Assembly: GCA_047404175.1 (NCBI GenBank)
Contig: JBDOIW010000002.1
Span: 22,499-86,498, forward strand
Length of the DNA stretch: 64,000 bases
Direction of reading: 5' to 3'
Source: Legionellales bacterium
GTDB lineage: Bacteria > Pseudomonadota > Gammaproteobacteria > M30B25
Part shown: one piece after another, positions 27,987 through 37,905 of the stretch
Layout of the letters: every line of letters starts with the position of its first letter
Numbering within the stretch: the first letter of the stretch is position 1
Position numbers and translations under genes: made by a program
The notes under the pieces: generated by a model
The model's database searches: none
The model's input: the letters and a program-made list of their open reading frames with translations, nothing else
What the model was told of the DNA's origin: nothing

Positions 27987-29351
27987 ATGATTCAACTTTC
28001 TGATTTAGCAGTGTGGTTGCAGGTTGATTTATTAGGTCAGGATCATGAGATTACTCAGATTGTCACTGATTCCCGCTGTGTGACACCTGGGGCATTATTT
28101 GTTGCCATCATGGGTCCAAACCACGATGGCCATGACTATTTGAAAGAGGCCTATGAAAGAGGTGCTGTTGCTGCTATTGTGGCTCGACCATGCTCAGAGT
28201 CCATGAGTTATCTTTTTGTAGGGGATACTTTATCAACTTATGCACGAATCGCTGCGTATTTTCGCCATCATGCTTCATGTCCTGTAGTAGCTTTGACGGG
28301 CACTTGTGGTAAAACAACGGTAAAATCAATGTTGGGGCATGTGCTTTCTCATTTTGGTGAAACACTCATGACGCACGCCAATCACAATAATCAAGTAGGT
28401 GTGCCTCAAACTTTGGTTCGTCTCAAGGCCAAGCATGAGTTTGCTGTTGTAGAAGTGGGCGCTAATCATGTGGGTGAAATAGAGCAGATGGCTACAGTGA
28501 TAGAGCCCGATGTTGCTCTTATAACCAATGTAGGGCACGGGCATTTAGAGGGATTTGGAGGGGTTCATCATGTTATGAAGGAAAAATCCTCTTTGTTTTC
28601 TCATCTTAAACCAGGCGGTATTGCCGTTATTAATGGTGACCAGCCTTATCAAGAAGAGATGTCCAGGCGCTTAAAGCATGGTCAGAAAATAGTGACATTT
28701 GGTCTCTCGTCCAAGGCCATTGTCCGGGCTGAAGATATTATAGTCGATCAGCAGGGGTGTGCCAGTTATACGTTAATAGTCCATGATCGAGTTGTTACAA
28801 AAGTCAGGCTCTCTTTACTTGGAGAGCATCAGGTGAGTAATAGCTTAGCTGCTCTTGCAGTTTGTTATGCTCTAGATATTAATTTATTGCAGTCAGCCGC
28901 ACGTCTGGCTACCTTGCCGCAAGTCCCTGGACGAATGAACCCCTATAAGCTACGTACAGGAGCCCTGGTTATTGACGATAGTTATAACGCTAATCCAGAT
29001 TCTTTCGATGTGGCGCTATCTGTACTTTCTCGTTGCTCTTCACCACGAGTATTGGTGATGGGGGATATGGCAGAGCTTGGTGATGAGGCAGTGCGTTTTC
29101 ATCAGGTGTTAGGGCAGAAAGCTAAGTCCCTCAATCTAGATCAGTTGCTTGCGGTAGGAGATCAGAGTGCAGAGACTGTAAGGCACTTTGGCTCTGGCGG
29201 TCAATTGTTTGAATCTCAAGATTTACTCTTGAAACATTTAGAGAAGCTGGTGCATAATGAAGTGTCGATATTGATAAAGGGCTCAAACTCAAGTCAGATG
29301 CACAAAGTTGCGTCTGTTATCGTCAAGGAAGAGACGGAGGCTTATGTATAA
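27987..29351 (+). CDS. murF: UDP-N-acetylmuramoyl-tripeptide--D-alanyl-D-alanine ligase MurF
   Basis: 'ALTGTCGKTTVKSM', 'ITNVGHGHLEGFG' and 'DDSYNANPDS'. ATG at 27987 with AAGGGA upstream; the ORF track starts at 27930. Confidence 0.95.
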   Translation: MIQLSDLAVWLQVDLLGQDHEITQIVTDSRCVTPGALFVAIMGPNHDGHDYLKEAYERGAVAAIVARPCSESMSYLFVGDTLSTYARIAAYFRHHASCPVVALTGTCGKTTVKSMLGHVLSHFGETLMTHANHNNQVGVPQTLVRLKAKHEFAVVEVGANHVGEIEQMATVIEPDVALITNVGHGHLEGFGGVHHVMKEKSSLFSHLKPGGIAVINGDQPYQEEMSRRLKHGQKIVTFGLSSKAIVRAEDIIVDQQGCASYTLIVHDRVVTKVRLSLLGEHQVSNSLAALAVCYALDINLLQSAARLATLPQVPGRMNPYKLRTGALVIDDSYNANPDSFDVALSVLSRCSSPRVLVMGDMAELGDEAVRFHQVLGQKAKSLNLDQLLAVGDQSAETVRHFGSGGQLFESQDLLLKHLEKLVHNEVSILIKGSNSSQMHKVASVIVKEETEAYV

Positions 29352-29366
29352 AATTCGCGAGGTGTT

Positions 29367-30434
29367 ATGCTGCCCTATTTGCTAAAACACTTGTTCGCTC
29401 TAGACGCGACAACATTGCTATGGATCCAAATCCTGGGGGCTTCGTTGACAAGCTCATTGCTAATGTTTTTTCTGTGCCCTTTGTTTATTCAAAAAATGCG
29501 TGGCTTGCAAGCTTCGCAGCCTATACGTCAGGGGATGATTTTATCCCATGAACATAAGTCCAATACCCCCACGATGGGCGGAGTCATGATTCTATTTTCT
29601 ATTCTCGCTAGCTTGTGTCTTTGGGCAGAATGGCAAAGCATGGCTTTTTTTGGCGTTGTATTTTCTCTTATCGCATTTGGTGCTATTGGAGCGCTAGATG
29701 ACAGTTTGAAGATTAAATTTGATCATTCTGATGGTTTGTCTGCGCGCTGGAAGTATGCTTTGCAATCTCTTACAGCTTTGATTGTGATAGCCTGTTGTTT
29801 TGACGGGGCTCATCACTCTCTTGTCTTACCGTTTGCGCAGTTGCCTATAGAAAATATTGGCTTTTGGTTTTTCCCTCTAGCTTATTTCGTTATCGTGGGT
29901 GCAAGTAATTCGGTTAATTTGACTGATGGCTTAGATGGGCTAGCGATTATGCCTTCGGTCTTGGTAGGTTTGGGACTTGGTGTGGTTGCCTTTCTTTCTG
30001 TCTCTCATGCTAGTGCTCACTATTATTTGCTTTTTCCATTGCATTATGGCGCAGATTTAGTGGTCTTTTGTGCAGCACTTGTGGGCTCAGGGCTAGGATT
30101 CCTGTGGTTTAATGCCTTTCCGGCGAAGATCTTTATGGGTGATGTCGGGGCTCTCGCCATTGGTGGTGCTCTTGGTACCATAGCCGTTTGTATGCATCAA
30201 GAAGTACTTCTTTTTATGATGGGAGGGGTCTTTGTTGCTGAAACAGTCTCTGTGATTTTGCAAGTTGGCTCTTTTAAACTAACTGGAAATCGTATTTTCA
30301 AGATGGCACCATTACACCACCACTTTGAGCTTAAAGGGTGGGGAGAGGGCCAGATAGTATTAAGATTCTGGTTGGCTACTTTTCTTTTGGTGGTAGCATC
30401 ATTGATCTTATTACGGCTGCGTATTCTATTTTAG
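29367..30434 (+). CDS. mraY: phospho-N-acetylmuramoyl-pentapeptide transferase MraY
   Basis: 'NTPTMGG', 'NSVNLTDGLDGLA', 'MGDVGALAIGGALG' and 'APLHHHFELKGW'. Confidence 0.97.
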   Translation: MLPYLLKHLFALDATTLLWIQILGASLTSSLLMFFLCPLFIQKMRGLQASQPIRQGMILSHEHKSNTPTMGGVMILFSILASLCLWAEWQSMAFFGVVFSLIAFGAIGALDDSLKIKFDHSDGLSARWKYALQSLTALIVIACCFDGAHHSLVLPFAQLPIENIGFWFFPLAYFVIVGASNSVNLTDGLDGLAIMPSVLVGLGLGVVAFLSVSHASAHYYLLFPLHYGADLVVFCAALVGSGLGFLWFNAFPAKIFMGDVGALAIGGALGTIAVCMHQEVLLFMMGGVFVAETVSVILQVGSFKLTGNRIFKMAPLHHHFELKGWGEGQIVLRFWLATFLLVVASLILLRLRILF

Positions 30435-30507
30435 TTGCTATGTTTTCCGTTGCATCTAGATGTGAATAAGGCTAAAATTAAACCAATGCTATAAAAGGAC
30501 TTTTGCA

Positions 30508-31932
30508 TTGAACCGATATATTCTTCTTCCAGTGATGCTCCTTGCCACTTTCTCTGCCTATGCGGAAGAGGAGCCTATTTTAGATTTGCGTGAGTCTACT
30601 GCACCAATGCTTGAGAAGGTGCGTACAAAGTCATTAGAAAAAGTTCCCTCATTCATTGACTCATTGCCGCTAGCAAGAGGATATAAAGATTTATTGGGTG
30701 ATCCTGCATCCGATGCTGTAAATGAACTTAATGATAAGCTTCAAGAGCGTTTAAACGAAAAGCTAGCTAAATATGAAGAAAAAGTCATGGCTATTGTTTC
30801 TGAGGAACTTAGTTTTGTTCCTCGTGATAGTGGGCAAGACTTCTTTAGCTCTTATATGGGCGTCTCCGCAGGAAGAATGGTTGGATCATGGGACCATGAG
30901 CTACCTGATAATCCCTTCTTGCGTGGACACACTGTGGGCGGCTTTTTAGGTTTTGGTCAATTCTTTGGCTCAAATATTTACTTAGGGAGTGAAACCTTTT
31001 TTAATTATATGACAGGCGTTTATTTCCCTTACAAGACCTTCAAGTATCGTGATCACTATAATTTTGGTTTGTCCGTGTTACCAGGTTACCAGGTTTATCA
31101 TGGTTTTGTTTATTTGCGTACAGGGGCTGTATATGGTCGAGTATCAAGAACAATCAATCCTGTTGATGATCACTTGTTTGATGTCTATCGATTTGGTTAT
31201 CAGCTAGGTTTGGGTTACAACTTCTATGCTACAAGGCGATGGCATGTTCGTTTAGATTATGCCTACAACGGACTGAGTGATGTCACCATCAAATCTAAGC
31301 GAAATGATGAGACATATGAGTTTAGTCCCTCTTCAGGTTTATATACAGTGGGGGCTGTTTATTACCTAAATCCCCTTAATATTAAAGCGATTGAATCCCC
31401 TGATTTTCCACTTAACCGAGTCTATTTGGGTTTCTTTTTAGACATGCCCAATCACTTTCAGGACGATAGTAAGGATGCCGTCCCTGGTGTGGCTGTGACA
31501 GAAGAAGAGTCAAGTGCCTTAGAGGGATACTTGGGGGGGCTTGAGGTTGGCTACTTATTCCAGTTTGGTCATTCTCCCTGGTTTGTAGGTGGTGAGGGTT
31601 TTGTCAGTATTATGGATCGAGACTTTGAAGAGGCAAATGACCGTACGGCCTATTGGCGTAATACCTTTGCATCTGGTGGAAGCCTACTTGCTGGCTATCG
31701 AGTAAAGCGTAGTAATATTATTTACTTAAGAACAGGGGCTTCCTTTGGTACGTTTGAGAAGGAAGGTCAAAAAGAAGAAACGATGTCAAAAATTGCTTTA
31801 CAGTACGGTCTTGGTGGCGAAACTGTGGTAACTAAGCGTTTTAGTTTTCGTGTAGAGTACAGCCGAGATCGTTATGCTGACATGACTCCGTCTGATGAGC
31901 ATTTCACATTTGCGGTTAATTTTTATATCTAA
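30508..31932 (+). CDS. outer-membrane beta-barrel protein, family unknown, inserted in the dcw cluster
   Basis: Signal peptide 'MNRYILLPVMLLATFSAYA'. Two Gly/Tyr/aromatic-rich halves with alternating hydrophobicity ('RLDYAYNGLSD', 'RVEYSRDRYAD'). Beta-signal-like end 'HFTFAVNFYI'. TTG start with AAAGGA upstream. Confidence 0.65.
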   Translation: MNRYILLPVMLLATFSAYAEEEPILDLRESTAPMLEKVRTKSLEKVPSFIDSLPLARGYKDLLGDPASDAVNELNDKLQERLNEKLAKYEEKVMAIVSEELSFVPRDSGQDFFSSYMGVSAGRMVGSWDHELPDNPFLRGHTVGGFLGFGQFFGSNIYLGSETFFNYMTGVYFPYKTFKYRDHYNFGLSVLPGYQVYHGFVYLRTGAVYGRVSRTINPVDDHLFDVYRFGYQLGLGYNFYATRRWHVRLDYAYNGLSDVTIKSKRNDETYEFSPSSGLYTVGAVYYLNPLNIKAIESPDFPLNRVYLGFFLDMPNHFQDDSKDAVPGVAVTEEESSALEGYLGGLEVGYLFQFGHSPWFVGGEGFVSIMDRDFEEANDRTAYWRNTFASGGSLLAGYRVKRSNIIYLRTGASFGTFEKEGQKEETMSKIALQYGLGGETVVTKRFSFRVEYSRDRYADMTPSDEHFTFAVNFYI

Positions 31933-32014
31933 TTATTTCAAATAATGCTACGCTGATGAATCTGCAGTGACGTCGTAGTCTCAGTGAATCGAATAGTCTG
32001 TATTTGGGGGTAAG

Positions 32015-33343
32015 TTGATACAATCGGTTTGCATATTAGGTTTAGGTGATACGGGTTTATCGTGCCTGCGTTTTTTGTCTGCACAAGGTATTTCAGTTAC
32101 GGTCATGGATTCTCGCTCTGAGCCTCCGCATTTTTCTAGTGTTCTAAGTGGTTTTCCAGGTCTTAGGTATCATCTGGGGGGCTGGAATGTCTCATGGCTT
32201 TATGAGGCAGATAGGGTGGTGGTCAGTCCAGGCCTTGCACTTACCGATCCTATTTTACATGATGCCGCTAAAAAGGGTGTCGTGTTTTGGAGTGATATTG
32301 AGCTGTTTGCCCATTTTGTTAGTGCGCCTGTTTTTGCAGTCACTGGAACAAATGGCAAGACAACTGTGACAACTCTTGCAGGAGCAATGATGCAGGATGC
32401 AGGCTTTAATTGCGCTATTGGTGGTAATTTAGGTCCTCCTGCATGTGATTTATTACTCGAGCAAAATTTAGACTGTATTATTCTTGAGTTATCAAGCTTT
32501 CAATTAGAGCAGACACATCATTTGATTTTGGAATCAGCTTGTTTATTAAATTGTTCTGATGACCACTTGGATCGATACGAAAGCTTTAGTGATTATGTTG
32601 TGGCAAAACAACGTATTTTTAAGCATGCACATCATTGTGTTTGGAATCTTAATGATAAAACAACAAGGCCCGTTTCTTTATTGAACCATCAGAAGACCTT
32701 GTCTTTTTCAATGACTGAAAAAGCAGACTTTTTTTATCAAGACGATGCCCTTTATTACAAAGATAAGCTTTTAATGGACCAGCATGAATTGGCACTTCAA
32801 GGGGCGGGAGCGATAGAAAATGCACTGGCTGCATGTGCTCTGGTGTCATCTTGGCATAACGATGTGGCCATTTTGCGTAAGACATTACGGTATTTCTCAG
32901 GGCTGCCCCATCGTTGCGAAACGGTATTCACAAGTCATGGATGTACTTGGTATAATGACTCCAAGGGGACAAATATTGCTGCGATGATGAAAGCAGTTGA
33001 GTGCATGACAGCAAAGCATCAATCAGTGGCGTTACTCTTGGGGGGGGTTAATAAAGGGGCTGATTTTTCTGAGGTGGCGAAGTGGCTGCCCAAAGAGGTT
33101 GTTCTTGTGGTAACATTTGGCCGCGATGGGGCTGTGATTGCTCATGCGTTGGGAGATAGTAAGCTGACAAAATGTTATGCCACTATGAAAGATGCAGTGA
33201 AAGCTGTGACCTCCCTTGTGGAAACTTTATCTTTAGATGCTGTTTTATTGTCACCAGCTTGTGCTAGTTTTGATGAGTTTAGTGGTTATCAGCACCGAGG
33301 TCGCATTTTCTCCGACTATGTAGAGGAGGTACACCATGCATGA
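32015..33343 (+). CDS. murD: UDP-N-acetylmuramoylalanine--D-glutamate ligase MurD
   Basis: 'VFAVTGTNGKTTV', 'ELSSFQLE' and 'NCSDDHLDRY'. TTG start. Confidence 0.95.
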   Translation: MIQSVCILGLGDTGLSCLRFLSAQGISVTVMDSRSEPPHFSSVLSGFPGLRYHLGGWNVSWLYEADRVVVSPGLALTDPILHDAAKKGVVFWSDIELFAHFVSAPVFAVTGTNGKTTVTTLAGAMMQDAGFNCAIGGNLGPPACDLLLEQNLDCIILELSSFQLEQTHHLILESACLLNCSDDHLDRYESFSDYVVAKQRIFKHAHHCVWNLNDKTTRPVSLLNHQKTLSFSMTEKADFFYQDDALYYKDKLLMDQHELALQGAGAIENALAACALVSSWHNDVAILRKTLRYFSGLPHRCETVFTSHGCTWYNDSKGTNIAAMMKAVECMTAKHQSVALLLGGVNKGADFSEVAKWLPKEVVLVVTFGRDGAVIAHALGDSKLTKCYATMKDAVKAVTSLVETLSLDAVLLSPACASFDEFSGYQHRGRIFSDYVEEVHHA

Positions 33344-34514
33344 CCCCCTAGAAAATCGATATTCTTTGGATTTGACTTTAGCTTATTCTGCTTTTTTTAT
33401 CCTGGCGATGGGGCTTTTAATGGTGGCTTCTTCCTCTATGGGCGTTGCAGAAAAGATATCGGGATCACCGCTGTATTATCTTAGTAAGCAAGCGGTATAT
33501 TTGCTCATAAGTTTGATGGCAGCAAGGTTTTGTATGAGGTTTCCTGTCCGTTGGTGGTTTGATCATCAGGTCGTTCTTCTGCTAGCAAGTTTCTTTTTGT
33601 TGACTTTGGTGATTATCCCTGGTGTCGGTCACTCTGTGAATGGGAGCATTCGTTGGTTGCGAATAGGTCCAGTTTCTTTACAGGTTTCAGAGGCAACCAA
33701 GTTGTTTTTACTTGTCTATTTGTCTGGTTATCTCGTGCGGCACCGAGATGCATTTGAAGAAACTGTATTGGGCTGGGTTAAGCCGCTGGGTTTATTGCTC
33801 ATTTCGGGGGGTATGCTCCTTATTGAGCCTGATTTTGGCTCAGTGGTTGTGATATTACTTTCGGCTTTCAGTTTGTTTTTTTTAGCAGGACTGAGACTTC
33901 GATATGTATTTCTTTTGTTGGGGCTATTATTGTGTGCTTTTACGGTCTTGATACTGTTGGCGCCATACCGTTTGGAGCGACTGACGGCTTTTTTGCATCC
34001 ATGGGAAAATCAATTTGGTAGTGGTTATCAGTTAACACAATCCTTGATTGCTTTTGGGCGAGGAGGCTTATTTGGTGTCGGTTTGGGTAATGGTTTGCAA
34101 AAATTATTTTATCTGCCAGAGGCGCATACGGATTTTCTTTTTGCAGTTTTAGCAGAAGAGCTAGGTTTGTTGGGATGTTGTGTTGTGTTCTTTGCCTATG
34201 GTCTTGTCATGTGGCGTAGTTTGTGTGTTGGGCGCAAAGCCTATTGTCTAGGGCTTTATTTCCATGCCTATTTAGCTTATGGTTTGGGAGTATGTTTTGG
34301 TACGCAGGCGATTGTAAATTTTGCGGTCAACATGGGCTGGCTTCCCACGAAGGGTCTGACTTTGCCGCTGATGAGTTATGGAGGCAGTAGCTTACTCGTT
34401 AATTGCATTGTTATTGCTTTACTTTTACGTATTAGTTATGAGGTAACCAGTGGTGCTTATAAGCAGACGCCCTATAAGATCCCTGGAGCTTCTGGAGATA
34501 AAATAACGAGGTAG
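33336..34514 (+). CDS. ftsW: peptidoglycan glycosyltransferase FtsW (SEDS family)
   Basis: Polytopic. 'QVSEATKLFLLVYLSGYL', 'PEAHTDFLFAVLAEELG' and 'GLTLPLMSYGGSS'. Confidence 0.95.
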   Translation: MHDPLENRYSLDLTLAYSAFFILAMGLLMVASSSMGVAEKISGSPLYYLSKQAVYLLISLMAARFCMRFPVRWWFDHQVVLLLASFFLLTLVIIPGVGHSVNGSIRWLRIGPVSLQVSEATKLFLLVYLSGYLVRHRDAFEETVLGWVKPLGLLLISGGMLLIEPDFGSVVVILLSAFSLFFLAGLRLRYVFLLLGLLLCAFTVLILLAPYRLERLTAFLHPWENQFGSGYQLTQSLIAFGRGGLFGVGLGNGLQKLFYLPEAHTDFLFAVLAEELGLLGCCVVFFAYGLVMWRSLCVGRKAYCLGLYFHAYLAYGLGVCFGTQAIVNFAVNMGWLPTKGLTLPLMSYGGSSLLVNCIVIALLLRISYEVTSGAYKQTPYKIPGASGDKITR

Positions 34515-34516
34515 CT

Positions 34517-35959
34517 ATGTCCCGCTTGAATGCATTAGTCATTGACAACAAAACAATACAGCACGTTTATCTTGTAGGGATCGGCGGTATCGGAATGGGT
34601 GGGTTAGCTCAGGTATTAATTGATCGAGGTTTCCAAGTATCTGGTTCTGATTTAGTTGAAAATACTGTAGTGAATCAGCTTAAGCAGCGTGGAGCAACGA
34701 TTACCTTGGGTCACGATCTTTGTCATTTAGAAACCGTTGATTTGGTTGTTTATTCAAGCGCTATACGTGAATCCAACCCCATTTTTCATAGTGTTAAATC
34801 TAAGGGTGTCCCTTGTATTCGGCGTGCAGAAATGTTGGCGCTTTTAGTAGAGCATAACCGTGTTGTTGCAGTGGCAGGTACTCATGGTAAAACAACAACA
34901 TCAGGTTTAATAAGTGAGACCTTGGAGAGAGCAGGGCAGCCAGTGGGGCGTTTTGTTGGTGGGTATGCTAAAGGTGGCTCGATGTTGGCAAGTGATAGTC
35001 GTAATGAATGGACTGTTATTGAAGCCGATGAGAGCGATGCTTCCTTACTCACATTAAATCCTGAGCTGGCGATAGTGACTAATGTTGAGCCTGACCACTT
35101 AGAAAATTATCCTGGAGGTTTTCCACAAATTATCGAAACGTTCCGTCAGTTTCTAAAGCAAGTCAGTGACAGTGGTAAAGCTTTTGTGTGTATTGACTGC
35201 CCTGGAGTTAAGAAGGTGATGGAAAAGCTAGATGTGGCTTGCGTTACTTATGGTTTTGATTCAGCTGCAGAGGTACGAGTGACAGGGTTTGTGCAGCAGC
35301 ACTCTCATGCCGAAGTGACGATTGAGGGACTGGAGGAGAGGCCTACGCAGGTTAAAATGGGCTTGGTAGGTCGTCACAATGCTTTAAACTTGTGTGCAGC
35401 TTTGTTGGTGGCAAAGCATTTAGGGTGCATGGCCGATTTTATTGAGCAGGCTGGTGTTTTCAGGGGTATGGCAAGGCGCTTTCATCAGCATGGTCACTGG
35501 CATCTTGGTGATGCACGTGTGCATTTAGTTGAAGATTATGGCCATCATCCTAAAGAGCTTGAGGTCACTATTTCATCGGCTCGTCATCTTTGGCCAGACC
35601 GACGTCTGGTGATGTTGTTTCAGCCGCATCGTTACAGTCGTACAGCACTCTTACTGAAGGACTTTGCTAGGGTGCTGACGCAAGTCAATCATGTTATTTT
35701 AATGCCTGTTTATGCGGCAGGAGAAGCCAGTATTCCCAAAGGGACATCTGAGGCGTTGCATGAGAAATGTTTAAAGTTTGGAGGTAAAAAACCTTCGCTT
35801 AGTCTTATTCGTGAGCAGGATTGTGTCTTGACTCATCTGCAGGCAACCCTACAAGATCATGATATTTTGATCATGCAAGGGGCTGGGGATATTGGTATGT
35901 GGGTACAGCATATTGTGAAGGACCCGGCATTTATAAAAGAGGGGGAGTTACTTTGTTAA
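34517..35959 (+). CDS. murC: UDP-N-acetylmuramate--L-alanine ligase MurC
   Basis: 'VYLVGIGGIGMGGLAQVL', 'VAVAGTHGKTTT', 'EADESD' and 'VTNVEPDHL'. It starts 2 nt after the ftsW stop. Confidence 0.95.
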   Translation: MSRLNALVIDNKTIQHVYLVGIGGIGMGGLAQVLIDRGFQVSGSDLVENTVVNQLKQRGATITLGHDLCHLETVDLVVYSSAIRESNPIFHSVKSKGVPCIRRAEMLALLVEHNRVVAVAGTHGKTTTSGLISETLERAGQPVGRFVGGYAKGGSMLASDSRNEWTVIEADESDASLLTLNPELAIVTNVEPDHLENYPGGFPQIIETFRQFLKQVSDSGKAFVCIDCPGVKKVMEKLDVACVTYGFDSAAEVRVTGFVQQHSHAEVTIEGLEERPTQVKMGLVGRHNALNLCAALLVAKHLGCMADFIEQAGVFRGMARRFHQHGHWHLGDARVHLVEDYGHHPKELEVTISSARHLWPDRRLVMLFQPHRYSRTALLLKDFARVLTQVNHVILMPVYAAGEASIPKGTSEALHEKCLKFGGKKPSLSLIREQDCVLTHLQATLQDHDILIMQGAGDIGMWVQHIVKDPAFIKEGELLC

Positions 35960-36852
35960 ACCATCTTGAGTCACTAGGGAAGGTTTTTTTTGATTATTCA
36001 TTAAAAAAGCACACTTCCTGGTGGGTGGGTGGTCATGCTGATTGTTGTTTTTTCCCCCGAGATAAAGAAGCTTTGCTTGATGCTTTAAGACAAGATTTAT
36101 TGCCAAGACCTATCACTTGGTTAGGCTTGGGCAGTAATGTTTTGGTGCGTGATGGGGGAGTGCGTGGCACAGTGTGTATCACGCTAGCTTGTTTAAATGA
36201 CCTAACCGTCTTGCCTGATGGCAAGGTTTATGTTGGAGCAGGTGTCACTTGCGCAAAATTCGCACGTTTTTGTGCTAAAGAAGGTTTCGAGGGAGCTGCA
36301 TTTTTTTCCGGTGTTCCTGGAACGATGGGGGGAGCTTTGGCAATGAATGCTGGCGCATTTGGAGGAGAAACGTGGACTCACGTAGAAGAATGTGAAGTGG
36401 TCGATCAGGCAGGGCAAACAAGCATGATCAAAAGTGATCAGTTTGAAGTGGGGTATCGTTATGTCAAAATGCCGTGTGATTTATGGTTTTTAGGTGCCAT
36501 TTTTGCATTACCAAAGATAAAAGCAGGCGCTCCTGTCGATGATATCAAAAATTTATTAAAAAGACGTTCAGAAGCCCAGCCGATTGGTGAAAAAAGTTGT
36601 GGCTCCGTTTTTCGTAATCCAAAAGGAGACTTTGCCGCCCGATTAATAGAGGCCTCTGGTTGTAAGGGCATGCGTCAAGGTGGTGCAGAAGTCTCTAGTA
36701 AGCATGCTAACTTTATTGTCAATCGAAATAATGCTTCTGCAGAAGATATTGAAACTTTGGCTCTTACGGTGCAAGCTAAAGTACGGACTTGTTTTGATGT
36801 TATGTTGGAGCCTGAATTTCACACAATAGGAGAGCGCTATGAGTCAGCTTAG
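35953..36852 (+). CDS. murB: UDP-N-acetylenolpyruvoylglucosamine reductase MurB
   Basis: 'LGLGSNVLVRDGG', 'GVPGTMGGALAMNAGAFG', 'SCGSVFRNP' and 'HANFIVN'. Probable TTG at 35953 after GGGGGAG; the ORF-track start at 35899 lies inside murC. Confidence 0.9.
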   Translation: MLNHLESLGKVFFDYSLKKHTSWWVGGHADCCFFPRDKEALLDALRQDLLPRPITWLGLGSNVLVRDGGVRGTVCITLACLNDLTVLPDGKVYVGAGVTCAKFARFCAKEGFEGAAFFSGVPGTMGGALAMNAGAFGGETWTHVEECEVVDQAGQTSMIKSDQFEVGYRYVKMPCDLWFLGAIFALPKIKAGAPVDDIKNLLKRRSEAQPIGEKSCGSVFRNPKGDFAARLIEASGCKGMRQGGAEVSSKHANFIVNRNNASAEDIETLALTVQAKVRTCFDVMLEPEFHTIGERYESA

Positions 36853-37903
36853 TGTCATGCTTATCACTGGGGGAATTTCAGGTGAGCGCAAGGTGTCACT
36901 CACCTCTGCGCATAATATTTGGCAAGGATTAGAGGCGCTTGATTTAGCTTGTTGCTTGGCGTTCGTAGACGAAAAGGGGCGGTGGTTTTTGATTGATAAT
37001 CCCTCTCGTTTCTTTTCTGATCCGAACAGTTACCCTTTACATGATCAGAGCCAATTATCTTGGCGGTTGGGGGAGCGTTCTTATGCGCAAACAGCTTCTT
37101 GCATGGTCTCCCCTGATGTGGTGTTCCCTATGGTGCATGGCACATTGGGGGAAGATGGTGCTCTACAGGGATTTTTGACTATGGCCAATCTCCCGTTTGT
37201 GGGATGTGATATTCTTGGTGCTGCGGTGAATATGCATAAAGGTGTTGCAAAGCGATTATGGAAGCAAGCAGGGCTGCCTGTTGTGCCATGGTTAGAAGTT
37301 TCGCGAGGTCAGTCATATCCTTCGTGGTCATCTTGTGTTGCTCATCTTGGTGAGCATCTTTTTGTAAAGGTGGATAATCAAGGTTCTTCTCTTGGTGTTT
37401 ACGAGGTGACTTCAGAGCTTGAGTATGCTCAGGCAATTGAGCAGGCTATGAGTTATGGCAATACGGTATTAATAGAGCAGGCTATGATTGGACGAGAAAT
37501 CGAGGTGGCTATCTTGCTCGAGTCAGAGCCCATAGTGTCATTGCCTGGAGAAATACAGCTGCAGAAAGGTTTTTATGATTTTTCGACGAAGTATGATCAA
37601 AGTAGCGCAGCTATTGTCAAGGTACCTGCTGATCTGACTGAGGAAGAAGTTAGTACAGCAAGACTATTAGCTCTTCAAGCAGCTAAAGCTAGCTATTGCC
37701 GAACTTATGCGCGTGTTGATTTGTTCTTGTCTGATGGTGATTGGTTTATTAACGAAATTAATACCATTCCTGGATTTACCTCGATTAGCCTCTATCCTAA
37801 ATTAATGGCTTACGAGGGCATTGGTTTATCATCATTGTTATTGCGTATGATTCATGATGCGGTAAGGCATGACTCAGTTCAAGTGAGTCAATTGGAGGAT
37901 TAA
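36839..37903 (+). CDS. ddl: D-alanine--D-alanine ligase
   Basis: 'GGISGERKVSLTS', 'FPMVHGTLGEDGALQGFL', 'GSSLGV' and 'RVDLFL....FINEINTIPGFT'. Confidence 0.95.
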   Translation: MSQLSVMLITGGISGERKVSLTSAHNIWQGLEALDLACCLAFVDEKGRWFLIDNPSRFFSDPNSYPLHDQSQLSWRLGERSYAQTASCMVSPDVVFPMVHGTLGEDGALQGFLTMANLPFVGCDILGAAVNMHKGVAKRLWKQAGLPVVPWLEVSRGQSYPSWSSCVAHLGEHLFVKVDNQGSSLGVYEVTSELEYAQAIEQAMSYGNTVLIEQAMIGREIEVAILLESEPIVSLPGEIQLQKGFYDFSTKYDQSSAAIVKVPADLTEEEVSTARLLALQAAKASYCRTYARVDLFLSDGDWFINEINTIPGFTSISLYPKLMAYEGIGLSSLLLRMIHDAVRHDSVQVSQLED

Positions 37904-37905
37904 TC

